Assembly: GCA_036960615.1 (NCBI GenBank)
Contig: JBALXO010000004.1
Coordinates: forward strand, 8,875 to 72,874
Origin: Cocleimonas sp.
Lineage (GTDB): Bacteria; Pseudomonadota; Gammaproteobacteria; Thiotrichales; Thiotrichaceae
DNA: 64,000 nt
Direction of reading: 5' to 3'
A program made the position numbers and the translations under genes. The notes under the pieces were generated by a model, which saw nothing but the letters and a program-made list of their open reading frames with translations, did no database searches and was not told the DNA's origin. This document shows, piece by piece, positions 28,724-38,368 of this stretch; position 1 is the stretch's first letter; each line of letters starts with the position of its first letter.

Positions 28724-29959
28724 TTTTATAAGAGAAAGCGCGCGACTAGCACTAATCAAACCATCACCATATTCTTGATCACGACCCGGCTTACCTAAAT
28801 CAACAGCCGTTCTTTTCAATATAGTATTAATGTTTTGATTACCTTTTCGAGATAAAAGTAAAGCGGCAACACCGCTAACATGCGCCGATGAAATAGACGT
28901 ACCGGTTGCTAATTTATATTTACCACCGGGAGCAATAGTTAAAATATTCACCCCTGGCGCTGCATAGTCAATGAAGCGACCTTTATCAGCCATATCAAAT
29001 AGCTTTTTATTTTGATCAACAGCCGTAGCCGTTAATACCCCGGGAATCAATGCGGGATAAATTGTACTTCCCCATTTGCCACCATTACCTGCTGCTGCAA
29101 CAACGATGATGCCCTTATTAACTGCTTTTTTAACCATTTTTTCTACTAATGAATCTTTGCCACCAGTAAAACTTAAATTGATCACATCTACATTACGTTG
29201 AATACAAGCATCTAGTGCCTTAGCAACATCTGAAGACGAACCTTTCAAATTATTTGGTCGACCTGCTTCAGCCTTAAATGCCCCAACTGCAAATAGTTTT
29301 GCCTTAGGAGCTATACCAATATGTTTATTTTGGCTTACCAGAACTCCTGCCACAGTGGTACCGTGAAGCATTGACGCAGGACTATTTTCATCAATATCAA
29401 ACAAATCTAGAGTTTCAATGAGCGCTTCTGATAGAGAAGGGTGGAAAATATCAACCGGTGTATCTACCATACAAATAGTAATACCTTTGCCTTTGGTAGT
29501 CTCGTGCACATAACTTACGCCAGTTTCATACATCGAATAAGCGTTAGTAAAGGTTGTTGCTGCTGGCTTATATATATTGTTGGTCGCCGCTTCAACTTCC
29601 TTTTCTTTTTGATTGATCGTTTTACTTAAACTAAGTGGATTTTGTCCTTTAGTTTTTGCAACCAACATTCCGGTATTAACAGAAGATAAAATAATTTTAC
29701 TGCTAGTCTCTAATCCATATTTATCGGCAATACTATTTACTGAATCACCCTTGTCAGCAGGATAAAGAAAAATAATTTCATCTTTTACAAAGTTAGTTCT
29801 TGGCGGTATTGGGCGATCTGGCTCGTAAACAAAATCAAAATAAAGCGGTTCCGAATCCTCATCTTCTATAAGATAATTTTGCGCACCGACAAAACTCACT
29901 AAAGTAGTGCTAAAAAGCGTGAGTAATACTTTATTTAAATTAAAATTCTTCACCAGCAA
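28721..29959 (-). CDS. secreted subtilisin-like serine protease (peptidase S8)
   Basis: Asp (ICMVDTPVD), His (HGTTVAGVL) and Ser (GTSISSAHVSG) triad blocks; N-terminal signal anchor and a pro-region. The start overlaps the anti-sigma stop by 20 nt. Confidence 0.85.
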   Translation of the reverse strand: MLVKNFNLNKVLLTLFSTTLVSFVGAQNYLIEDEDSEPLYFDFVYEPDRPIPPRTNFVKDEIIFLYPADKGDSVNSIADKYGLETSSKIILSSVNTGMLVAKTKGQNPLSLSKTINQKEKEVEAATNNIYKPAATTFTNAYSMYETGVSYVHETTKGKGITICMVDTPVDIFHPSLSEALIETLDLFDIDENSPASMLHGTTVAGVLVSQNKHIGIAPKAKLFAVGAFKAEAGRPNNLKGSSSDVAKALDACIQRNVDVINLSFTGGKDSLVEKMVKKAVNKGIIVVAAAGNGGKWGSTIYPALIPGVLTATAVDQNKKLFDMADKGRFIDYAAPGVNILTIAPGGKYKLATGTSISSAHVSGVAALLLSRKGNQNINTILKRTAVDLGKPGRDQEYGDGLISASRALSLIK

Positions 29960-30686
29960 ACCAAATTAATTCATCTTGTTTCATGAGCGCGCCAATTATC
30001 TGTGTAGTTTCTTCACTATTTAAAACTTGCTTGAAACTAATTTGATAAACGCCTTCTTTATTAGGCACGCTTTCGATTTTTGAAAGCTTACCTTTTAATA
30101 CTTTATTATTTCCTAAATCTGTTGAAGAGCCATTAAACCCAACCAACAATACTGTCTGCGAAGCATTAATAAGCGTAGTTTTTTGATCAAGTGGTTGAGT
30201 TACAGCAGAAGCAGGAATGAATTCACTTGATTGTGTAAACAATGGCGCAACAAATGCAGTTAGCACAGCTACAGACAAAACCAATATACCAACACTAGCT
30301 ATTCGTGCATATTGCGGAACACCAGCGGGTATCAAAGTATCAATGGTGTTTTTAAATTTTTCTAGTAAAGAACCAGTTTGATTTACTTGTTCTCGCTCTT
30401 TTGTTTTATTTAATTTCTCTGCAACATCAATCATAATGAAGACTGACTTTAGACGTTCATCTGCAGGTGGTATTAAGCTTTTATGTAGAACAGAACTATT
30501 TGCAGAGACTTTAGAAATCACCTTCTGCTCTTCTTCTAGCTGAAATTGTAGTGAAGGATAGGTTACCAACATTTTTTCAAAAAATGCCTGATCATCTACT
30601 GAAAGCTTGCCAATAGCGTACCATGGTAATAGTTCCAATACCTCATCGGGTATCTCACTTTCACTGTTTTTAGTATTTTTATTCAT
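29940..30686 (-). CDS. membrane-spanning anti-sigma factor (cysteine-free)
   Basis: Lies directly downstream of the ECF sigma gene. N-terminal LLPWYAIGKLSVDDQAFFEKML anti-sigma-like helix, one TM (IASVGILVLSVAVLTAFVAPLF), ~95-aa periplasmic domain. The protein contains no Cys. Confidence 0.7.
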   Translation of the reverse strand: MNKNTKNSESEIPDEVLELLPWYAIGKLSVDDQAFFEKMLVTYPSLQFQLEEEQKVISKVSANSSVLHKSLIPPADERLKSVFIMIDVAEKLNKTKEREQVNQTGSLLEKFKNTIDTLIPAGVPQYARIASVGILVLSVAVLTAFVAPLFTQSSEFIPASAVTQPLDQKTTLINASQTVLLVGFNGSSTDLGNNKVLKGKLSKIESVPNKEGVYQISFKQVLNSEETTQIIGALMKQDELIWFAGEEF

Positions 30687-30688
30687 AG

Positions 30689-31285
30689 TTACATTAATAG
30701 ACCTTCGTTGCTCAAAATGGCTTTTAAATGTTTTCTAGCATAGAACATACGAGTTTTAACCGTATTTTCTGAAACATCTAACATCCCTGAGATTTCTTTA
30801 ATTGATAGTTCGCGAAAATAAACTAGCTCTATTACTTCCTTATGTTTTTCGCTTAACTTCCCAATACTTTCAACTAATTGTTCATCTCTTTCTGTAGCTG
30901 CCATTTCTTCATATGGCAGAAGGTCTGTATCCTCAATATTTAATTGTTCAAAATTATCATCTTGTAAAACTTCTTTACTCTTTCGCAAATAACCAATCAT
31001 GCGGAATCTTGCAATCGAATGTATCCAAGTTGAAGGTTGTGACAAACCAGAAAACGTACCTGCTGATTTCCAAACCTCAATCATTGCTTCATCTGCCATA
31101 TCTGACGCCAGTGCAATGTCATTTTTCAACATACGGCAACAAAATTTAATTAACCTCGGTTGAAAAATTTTATACAACTCGGTGAATGCGTCTCGATCAC
31201 CGTCTGCAATCCTTTTCAACAACAGAGCATGATGCTCTGCACCGTTATCTTTCGATTGCTTATTACCGTTATTTTCTGCATTCAT
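30689..31285 (-). CDS. ECF-type RNA polymerase sigma-70 family factor
   Basis: Region 2 (DAFTELYKIFQPRLIKFCCRML...) and region 4 HTH (ELSIKEISGMLDVSENTVKTRMFYARKHLK). Confidence 0.88.
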   Translation of the reverse strand: MNAENNGNKQSKDNGAEHHALLLKRIADGDRDAFTELYKIFQPRLIKFCCRMLKNDIALASDMADEAMIEVWKSAGTFSGLSQPSTWIHSIARFRMIGYLRKSKEVLQDDNFEQLNIEDTDLLPYEEMAATERDEQLVESIGKLSEKHKEVIELVYFRELSIKEISGMLDVSENTVKTRMFYARKHLKAILSNEGLLM

Positions 31286-31531
31286 TTACTGAGTGTTCTC
31301 TGTACAAAAAAATGTTCATAAAAGTTATACAAATTTTAAACATTAAAGATAATCGGCAATTTTACACTTTTGCATGAACCTTTACCAAGTCTATTAACAC
31401 ATACCCTGTGAGAGACGCTGATGATGGGCTTAATTGGTCAAAGGGGATTTTGTTTACCAATATAATAACTAACCAGATTAAAAAGGCGCTATAACGGTAG
31501 CTTCTTTTAAACCGGCTCCCTCGCAACTTTA

Positions 31532-31557
31532 GGCGGACTTTATGTCCGCTTTTTTTT
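31532..31557 (+). terminator. strong orphan Rho-independent terminator (plus strand)
   Basis: GCGGAC-TTTAT-GTCCGC followed by T8. There is no annotated plus-strand gene upstream for >2.8 kb. Confidence 0.7.
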
Positions 31558-31583
31558 GCATAAAATAAATTTCAGCATACAAT
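31556..31583 (+). promoter_or_regulatory. sigma-70 promoter of gshB (TTGCAT-N16-TACAAT)
   Basis: The -35 TTGCAT (31556-31561) and -10 TACAAT (31578-31583) are separated by 16 nt. The -10 overlaps the first ATG of the ORF, which argues for the second ATG as the start. Confidence 0.55.
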
Positions 31584-31611
31584 GCTTGCACAATCACCAG
31601 AGCCCCCTGCT

Positions 31612-32577
31612 ATGCAAGACAATATCAGTTTAGGATTCGTTATGGATCCAATCAGCAATATCAATGTTAAAAAAGACAGCACTTTTGCGATGATGCTAGA
31701 AGCACAACGCAGAAATCATTCTATCTTTTATATGACTCAATCAGACTTATTCTTAAAAGATGACACCGTGTACGCCAATATGACCCCTGTAAAGGTCATG
31801 GACAATTCAGATAAATGGTATGAACCTGGAGAGTCTCAAATCAGGCCATTGCATGAATTATCCTGTGTTTCGATGCGTAAAGATCCGCCATTTGATATGG
31901 AATATATATATTCGACCTATCTTCTGGAGTTAGCAGAGGAAAAAGGCTGTCTCGTTATCAACAAACCTTCCAGCGTTCGCTCTGCAAATGAAAAACTATT
32001 TACTGCTTGGTTTCCTGGTTGTGGCCCAGAGATTTTAGTTACAAGAGATATGGATCGCCTTAAGAAATTTCATGATGAGTTAAAGCATATCGTCGTTAAA
32101 CCTTTAGATGGTATGGGTGGCTCAATGATTTTCCAGATTCTTGAAGGTGATGCTAATCGAAGTGTCATTCTTGAAGCTATTACTCAAAATGGTACACAAA
32201 CTGTAATGGCACAGCGTTATCTGCCTGAATTCAAAGATGGTGATAAGCGTATTTTGATGATTAATGGCAAACCATTTCCACACGGTTTGTCACGTATTCC
32301 TGCTAAAGGCGAAAGTCGTGGTAATTTAGCTGCAGGCGCCACTTCAGAAGGCAGAGATCTAACTGAACGTGAACTAGAAATTTGTGCAATTGTCGGCCCA
32401 AAACTAAAAGAAATGGGTCTTATGTTTGTTGGCTTAGACGTGATAGGAGATTATTTAACTGAAATCAATGTGACTAGCCCAACCTGTATTCGTGAATTGG
32501 ATACAATTTATTCAGCAAATATTGCAGGCTTATTAATCGACGAAATAGAAAAAGAATTAGCAGGAGCAAGCTCATGA
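31612..32577 (+). CDS. gshB: glutathione synthetase
   Basis: Collinear with E. coli GshB from MQDNISLGFVMDPISNINVKKDSTFAMMLEAQRR onward (MRKDPPFD, NEKLFTAWF, KPLDGMGG, GDKRIL, EINVTSPTCIRE). The start is set at 31612 because ATG 31582 lies inside the predicted -10 element. Confidence 0.92.
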   Translation: MQDNISLGFVMDPISNINVKKDSTFAMMLEAQRRNHSIFYMTQSDLFLKDDTVYANMTPVKVMDNSDKWYEPGESQIRPLHELSCVSMRKDPPFDMEYIYSTYLLELAEEKGCLVINKPSSVRSANEKLFTAWFPGCGPEILVTRDMDRLKKFHDELKHIVVKPLDGMGGSMIFQILEGDANRSVILEAITQNGTQTVMAQRYLPEFKDGDKRILMINGKPFPHGLSRIPAKGESRGNLAAGATSEGRDLTERELEICAIVGPKLKEMGLMFVGLDVIGDYLTEINVTSPTCIRELDTIYSANIAGLLIDEIEKELAGASS

Positions 32578-32984
32578 ACACACGTGTTAAATGGTTAGAT
32601 AATATGACCTTTGTTGGCGAATCACCCAGCGGACACTCTGTCGTTATGGATGGTCCTCCTGAGGCTGGTGGACGTAACCTTGGGGTTCGCCCAATGGAAA
32701 TGATATTACTAGGCCTTGGTGGTTGTGCTTCTTTTGATATTGTTTCAATGCTGAAAAAAGGTAAACAAGATTTAGTTGATTGCGAAGTTGAAATCAATGC
32801 CGAACGTGCCGACTCAGATCCGAAAGTATTCACTAAAATACATATGCACTTTATTATCTCTGGCAATGACTTATCTGAAAAGCGTGTTGCTAGGGCAATT
32901 GAGCTTTCAGCGGAAAAATATTGCTCTGCTTCTATCATGCTCGGTAAAGCCGCAGAAATAAGCCATAACTACGAACTTAAATAA
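32574..32984 (+). CDS. OsmC-family peroxiredoxin-like protein
   Basis: 136 aa. GGCASFDIVSMLKK and EKYCSAS contain the two conserved OsmC cysteines. Confidence 0.8.
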   Translation: MNTRVKWLDNMTFVGESPSGHSVVMDGPPEAGGRNLGVRPMEMILLGLGGCASFDIVSMLKKGKQDLVDCEVEINAERADSDPKVFTKIHMHFIISGNDLSEKRVARAIELSAEKYCSASIMLGKAAEISHNYELK

Positions 32985-33106
32985 GCTAGATACTACCTAT
33001 GATCAGAAGAATTCGCTTAGGTATGAGTTTTACAATACAGTTGCGCGCTTCAAACCGTTTTTCAAATAAAAATAACTAAATAATAAAAATAAGCTAAGAT
33101 TTAGGC

Positions 33107-33679
33107 ATGAAATCGTTTTATAAAATAACGCTTTGTTTACTGTGTATCAGTATTCAAACAAATGCTTTTGCGGCAAAACAAACTTCTGAGCAAGAACTGA
33201 TTCATGCTTATAATGTTTTAGTTAAAAAAACTCCAGCTAAACAAGCACCAGCTAAAAAACATATTGCTGCTAAACAATATGTAAAAACTACTAAACAGAC
33301 GAAAAGAACACCGCAAATTAACGCCGTGTTGATGGCAAAAAAGCAGATCAACAAAAAGTATCGTTGGGGTGGGACCGATCCATATAATGGTTTTGATTGC
33401 AGTGGCTTAATGCAATATGTCTATAAAGCTTCGCGAGTACATATTCCAAGAACTGCGGCAGCTCAATTCAAACATACAAAACGTATTTCGATGAAAAACC
33501 TAAAAGTGGGTGACTTAATTTTCTTTCATACGCGCAGAACTCGCGCAAAAGTGAATCATGTAGGTATTTATCTGGGTGGTGGGAAATTTATTCACGCTCC
33601 ACGTCGTGGAAAACTGGTCTCAATTACTGATCTGAATAGCTACTGGCGAAGAAAAGCTGTAGGTGCTGGACGCGTTTAA
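33107..33679 (+). CDS. NlpC/P60 family peptidoglycan endopeptidase
   Basis: Signal peptide, basic linker, YRWGGTDPYNGFDCSGLMQYVY catalytic Cys block, HVGIYLGGGKFIHAP His block. Confidence 0.88.
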   Translation: MKSFYKITLCLLCISIQTNAFAAKQTSEQELIHAYNVLVKKTPAKQAPAKKHIAAKQYVKTTKQTKRTPQINAVLMAKKQINKKYRWGGTDPYNGFDCSGLMQYVYKASRVHIPRTAAAQFKHTKRISMKNLKVGDLIFFHTRRTRAKVNHVGIYLGGGKFIHAPRRGKLVSITDLNSYWRRKAVGAGRV

Positions 33680-33729
33680 TATTAGTTAGGTATTAGATAG
33701 CCTAAGGACTTAAAGTTTCTTTTATATAT

Positions 33730-33761
33730 AAAAGATACCCCTTATTTTTTGCCTATTTCTC
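33730..33761 (+). repeat. C-rich extragenic repeat, degenerate copy
   Basis: AAAAGATACCCCTTATTTTTTGCCTATTTCTC, 51 nt after the NlpC/P60 stop. Confidence 0.6.
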
Positions 33762-33791
33762 TTTTAAGCAAGGCTAATTAAACCAGTAAAA

Positions 33792-34133
33792 TTAATTAGT
33801 AGTTTTACTCTCAGTAGGCGTTTCTTCGCTTGGAGCTGCTTCTTCTGTAGTTATCGTTTCTGTAGTAGCCGCCTCTGAAGAACTTTCTTCGGTAACTGGC
33901 GCGTCTACTTCTGTAGATGTTGTTTCAGTAGGAGTCGCTTCGCTTTCTATATTTTCAGTAACAACTTCTGCACTAGCGTCTGAAGCTGCCATTTCACTAC
34001 TCATTGGTACACCCAAGTTCATTGCATTGCCATCGACTACAGGGCGCATTACCATAAGAACAAACACGGTAGTGGCTAAAGCTATAAAAATTAGCATTCC
34101 AATTGAATTGTTTGAAAGTTTCATAAGTTCCAA
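33792..34133 (-). CDS. membrane-anchored acidic Thr/Glu/Ser-rich low-complexity protein
   Basis: One N-terminal TM (IGMLIFIALATTVFVLMV), then ~70 aa of T/E/S/A-rich sequence. Coding status is plausible but unproven. Confidence 0.45.
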   Translation of the reverse strand: MELMKLSNNSIGMLIFIALATTVFVLMVMRPVVDGNAMNLGVPMSSEMAASDASAEVVTENIESEATPTETTSTEVDAPVTEESSSEAATTETITTEEAAPSEETPTESKTTN

Positions 34134-34227
34134 TTCCTTAAATTTGAATAAGTTTTAAAGTATTTTATCATTTTTTGTGACTTCCTGTTTAGTAGCCTCG
34201 GCTCAATGATAGGTTTCAATTGTTTAA

Positions 34228-35208
34228 CTAAGTCGTGCGACTCAATGAGTAATTAGCCAATTCGATTAGAGCCGTTTTGAATTCGTTATCAGGAAGATCA
34301 GTTAAACTCTGATTCGCAAGCTGTGTTTCTCTTTTAGCTGCTTCAATCGTATATTCTAAAGCCTGTGTTTTCTCGATAATTTTCATGACATCATCAATAT
34401 ACTCAAGTCCGCCTTCTTCGATTGCACCTCTAACAAGAGCTGCATCTTCGGCTTCATTATTCTCTATACTTCTACGCATTGCATAAATTAGAGGTAATGT
34501 CGGCTTACCTTCGGCTAAATCATCGCCTACATTTTTGCCCATTTCTTCACTATCGGCAATGTAATCGAGAATATCGTCAACTAACTGAAACGCCGTACCT
34601 AAATGCACACCGTATTGAGCCACGGCTTTTTCTTGTTCTTCTGAGAGACCTGCGAGAACTGCGCCTAATTGACAGGCTGCTTGAAATAACTTGGCTGTTT
34701 TAGAGTAAATAACTTCAAAATATCGTTCTTCACTGGTATCAGCATCGTTGATATTGAGAAGCTGTAGTACTTCGCCTTCGGCAATAGTGTTGGTCGTTTG
34801 AGCCATAATACTCATGACACGCATTTCATTCACGTCGACCATCATCTCAAAGGCACGTGAATATAAGAAATCACCGACTAATACTGCGGCTTGATTTCCC
34901 CAGACGTTATTTGCCGTTTCTTTGCCACGACGCATATCAGACTCATCAACTACATCATCATGCAATAAAGTCGCGGTATGAATAAATTCGACGATTGCTG
35001 CAACATCAACGTGTTTATCGCCTTCATAGCCGCAAGCGCGCGCCATTAACAAGGCAAGCATCGGGCGTAAACGCTTGCCACCACTATTAATAATGTAATT
35101 GCTTAATTGATTAACCAGAACCACGTCTGATTGCAATCTGCGAGTGATTAACACATCTACAGCCTGCATATCCGTTTCAACTAATGATTGTATCTCTTTA
35201 TAATCCAC
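34228..35208 (-). CDS. ispB: octaprenyl diphosphate synthase
   Basis: Two polyprenyl synthase DDxxD motifs (LLHDDVVDESDMRRG and QLVDDILDY). Divergent from the rpmA operon, as in E. coli. Confidence 0.92.
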   Translation of the reverse strand: MDYKEIQSLVETDMQAVDVLITRRLQSDVVLVNQLSNYIINSGGKRLRPMLALLMARACGYEGDKHVDVAAIVEFIHTATLLHDDVVDESDMRRGKETANNVWGNQAAVLVGDFLYSRAFEMMVDVNEMRVMSIMAQTTNTIAEGEVLQLLNINDADTSEERYFEVIYSKTAKLFQAACQLGAVLAGLSEEQEKAVAQYGVHLGTAFQLVDDILDYIADSEEMGKNVGDDLAEGKPTLPLIYAMRRSIENNEAEDAALVRGAIEEGGLEYIDDVMKIIEKTQALEYTIEAAKRETQLANQSLTDLPDNEFKTALIELANYSLSRTT

Positions 35209-35348
35209 GCTTTATTTTATACTCTAATATTATTGCTAGTTACGAACTAGCGAATGCTAGGTAGATGCGCCTTATCTGTCAAGCTCCATAGCTAAAAACA
35301 TATGCTTAGTCACTGATGTATAATCATCACTATAGAAGTGATTAAGAT

Positions 35349-35377
35349 TTGACTAACGCGCAGACTGCTTGTAGAAT
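35349..35377 (+). promoter_or_regulatory. sigma-70 promoter upstream of rpmA (TTGACT-N17-TAGAAT) with GC-rich discriminator
   Basis: TTGACT at 35349-35354, a 17-nt spacer, TAGAAT at 35372-35377, then CGCGCGG. It lies ~130 nt upstream of the rpmA ATG. The leader contains two hairpins (GTTGAA...TTCAAC; TCTTTATA...TATAAAGA). Confidence 0.6.
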
Positions 35378-35506
35378 CGCGCGGCTTAAAACTAAATTAT
35401 TAAGTGGTTGAACTCCTAGCTTCAACTGCGATGTTTGGTAGTTCTTTATACAGCTCTCTTATAAAGAATACTAACAGGCATACACTATAGAATAGAGGTT
35501 ATTCAA

Positions 35507-35764
35507 ATGGCTCATAAAAAAGCAGCGGGTAGTACAAGAAACGGTCGCGATTCAAATGCAAACCGCCTTGGTGTTAAACGCTTCGGTGGCGAAACAGTTA
35601 AAGCAGGCAACATTATTGTTCGTCAACGTGGTACACACTTTCACCCAGGTACAAACATGGGTTGTGGCAAAGACCACACATTATTTGCAAAATCTGACGG
35701 CGTTGTACTTTTCGAAGTAAAAGGCCCTAAGAACCGCAAATTTGTTAGTATCGTAGCGGCGTAA
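35507..35764 (+). CDS. rpmA: 50S ribosomal protein L27
   Basis: [28 protein letters not shown]... is the canonical L27 sequence. Confidence 0.97.
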   Translation: MAHKKAAGSTRNGRDSNANRLGVKRFGGETVKAGNIIVRQRGTHFHPGTNMGCGKDHTLFAKSDGVVLFEVKGPKNRKFVSIVAA

Positions 35765-35800
35765 ATATATAATAATTAAGAAATCATTCTTAATTATATA

Positions 35801-35829
35801 AAAAAGCTCCGCTAGTCGGAGCTTTTTTA
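35801..35829 (+). terminator. Rho-independent terminator after rpmA
   Basis: AGCTCCG-CTAGT-CGGAGCT followed by a T-run. It is preceded by an 11-bp AT-rich hairpin at 35772-35797. Confidence 0.75.
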
Positions 35830-35904
35830 TTGCCTCCTTTTATTAGAAGGTATCAACACCTTTTTGACTAGCCCTTAGTTATATTTTCTTAACAAACCAG
35901 ATAA

Positions 35905-37032
<1,128 letters not shown>

Positions 37033-37078
37033 TTATTAGTTATCAGAAACTAATTACTAAATAAAACTTTATAACACC

Positions 37079-38203
37079 ATGAATCGAACCGCTTACACAC
37101 AACTAGCAAAACGCTGGGTAATCAAAATCGGCAGTGCATTGCTCACTAAAGATGGCAAGGGCTTAGATTACATTGCCATGGCTAAGTGGACCAAACAAAT
37201 AGCGAGTTTACGCCAGCAAAATATTGAAGTTATTTTAGTCTCATCAGGTGCAGTTGCAGAAGGCATGAGTAGAATGGGCTGGACTTCTCGCCCTACCGAT
37301 TTAGCAGAACTTCAGGCCGCTGCAGCTATCGGTCAAACAGGCTTAATAGAAGCCTACGAAACCGAATTCAAAAAATACCAAATTCAAGCCGCGCAAGTGC
37401 TACTCACACATGATGAAGTTAGTAACCGCAAGCGCTACCTCAACGCCCGTAACACTCTACGTGCATTACTTAAATTCAAAGCATTACCCATCATTAATGA
37501 AAATGACACGGTTGCGCTCGAAGAAATGCGCCTTGGAGATAATGATACTCTCGCTGCGCTAGTAGCAAACATCACTGAAGCAGATTTACTTTTAATTCTG
37601 ACTGATCAACAAGGTCTATTTACGAAAGATCCTCGTCATAATAATGATGCAGAACTCATCAGCGAAGAATCTGCCAGTAATGCCGACTTGCTTTCTTACG
37701 TTGGAAAAATCGCAACCACACTTGGCAGTGGAGGCATGGCAACCAAACTAATCGCTGCACAACGTGCTGCAAAATCAGGTTGCGCAACTATTATCGCCTC
37801 AGGCAGAGAAAGTGAAGTTATTTCACGGATCGCCAATGGCGAAAGCATCGGAACCTTTCTAAAACCTGACGAATCTCATCTCAGTGCTAGAAAGCAATGG
37901 ATAGCCAGCCAAGTTCAAGCAAGTGGCTCACTTGATCTCGATAGCGGCGCAAGCAAAGCCATTCAAACTCAAGGCACTAGCTTATTGCCAATTGGAGTAG
38001 AAAGCGCGATAGGTAACTTTAAACGCGGTGATGTAGTTGATTGTAAAAACACTAAAGGTGAAGTTATTGCACGCGGACTTATTAATTATTCCAGTATAGA
38101 AGTATCAAAACTCGTCAAACAACCCAGTAATATGATCAGTGAAATAGTAGGTTATTCAGGCGATACTGAATTGATACATCGAGATAACCTCGTTGTACTC
38201 TAG
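37079..38203 (+). CDS. proB: glutamate 5-kinase (with PUA domain)
   Basis: WVIKIGSALLT, VSSGAV, NENDTV and GSGGMATKL blocks, plus a C-terminal PUA domain. Confidence 0.93.
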   Translation: MNRTAYTQLAKRWVIKIGSALLTKDGKGLDYIAMAKWTKQIASLRQQNIEVILVSSGAVAEGMSRMGWTSRPTDLAELQAAAAIGQTGLIEAYETEFKKYQIQAAQVLLTHDEVSNRKRYLNARNTLRALLKFKALPIINENDTVALEEMRLGDNDTLAALVANITEADLLLILTDQQGLFTKDPRHNNDAELISEESASNADLLSYVGKIATTLGSGGMATKLIAAQRAAKSGCATIIASGRESEVISRIANGESIGTFLKPDESHLSARKQWIASQVQASGSLDLDSGASKAIQTQGTSLLPIGVESAIGNFKRGDVVDCKNTKGEVIARGLINYSSIEVSKLVKQPSNMISEIVGYSGDTELIHRDNLVVL

Positions 38204-38235
38204 GTTGTACTTTAACTAGATGATAAATATCTTTT

Positions 38236-38259
38236 AAAAAACCCTCCTTTTTAGTGAGC
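38236..38259 (+). repeat. C-rich extragenic repeat, degenerate copy
   Basis: AAAAAACCCTCCTTTTTAGTGAGC, 33 nt after the proB stop. It keeps only the CCTCCTTTTT half of the element. Confidence 0.4.
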
Positions 38260-38368
38260 TTATCATTTTGTTTTTAAAAACGACTAACTCAATTATTTGC
38301 CTAAGCATTGACACTTTTCATTTATAATCATTCCATTATTCAAATAGCTCGTTTTCTAAAGGAAATTT

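Noticed and set aside
31286-31400. ECF-type autoregulatory promoter upstream of the sigma factor gene (GAAC...N16-19...TCAGT-like matches)
   Set aside because: The only GAAC/-10-like combination has the wrong spacing and would leave almost no leader before the ATG, so I do not call it.
32474-32938. 154-aa minus-strand ORF antisense to the OsmC-like gene and the gshB 3' end
   Set aside because: Both sense-strand genes have clear family signatures. The antisense product is low-complexity and Ser/Leu/Ile-rich.
35858-35885. Possible extra degenerate repeat copy downstream of the rpmA terminator (ACACCTTTTTGACTAGCCC...)
   Set aside because: It retains only the ACCTTTTTG half and lacks the GACAC-Cn head. 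That is too short to distinguish from chance in AT-rich DNA.
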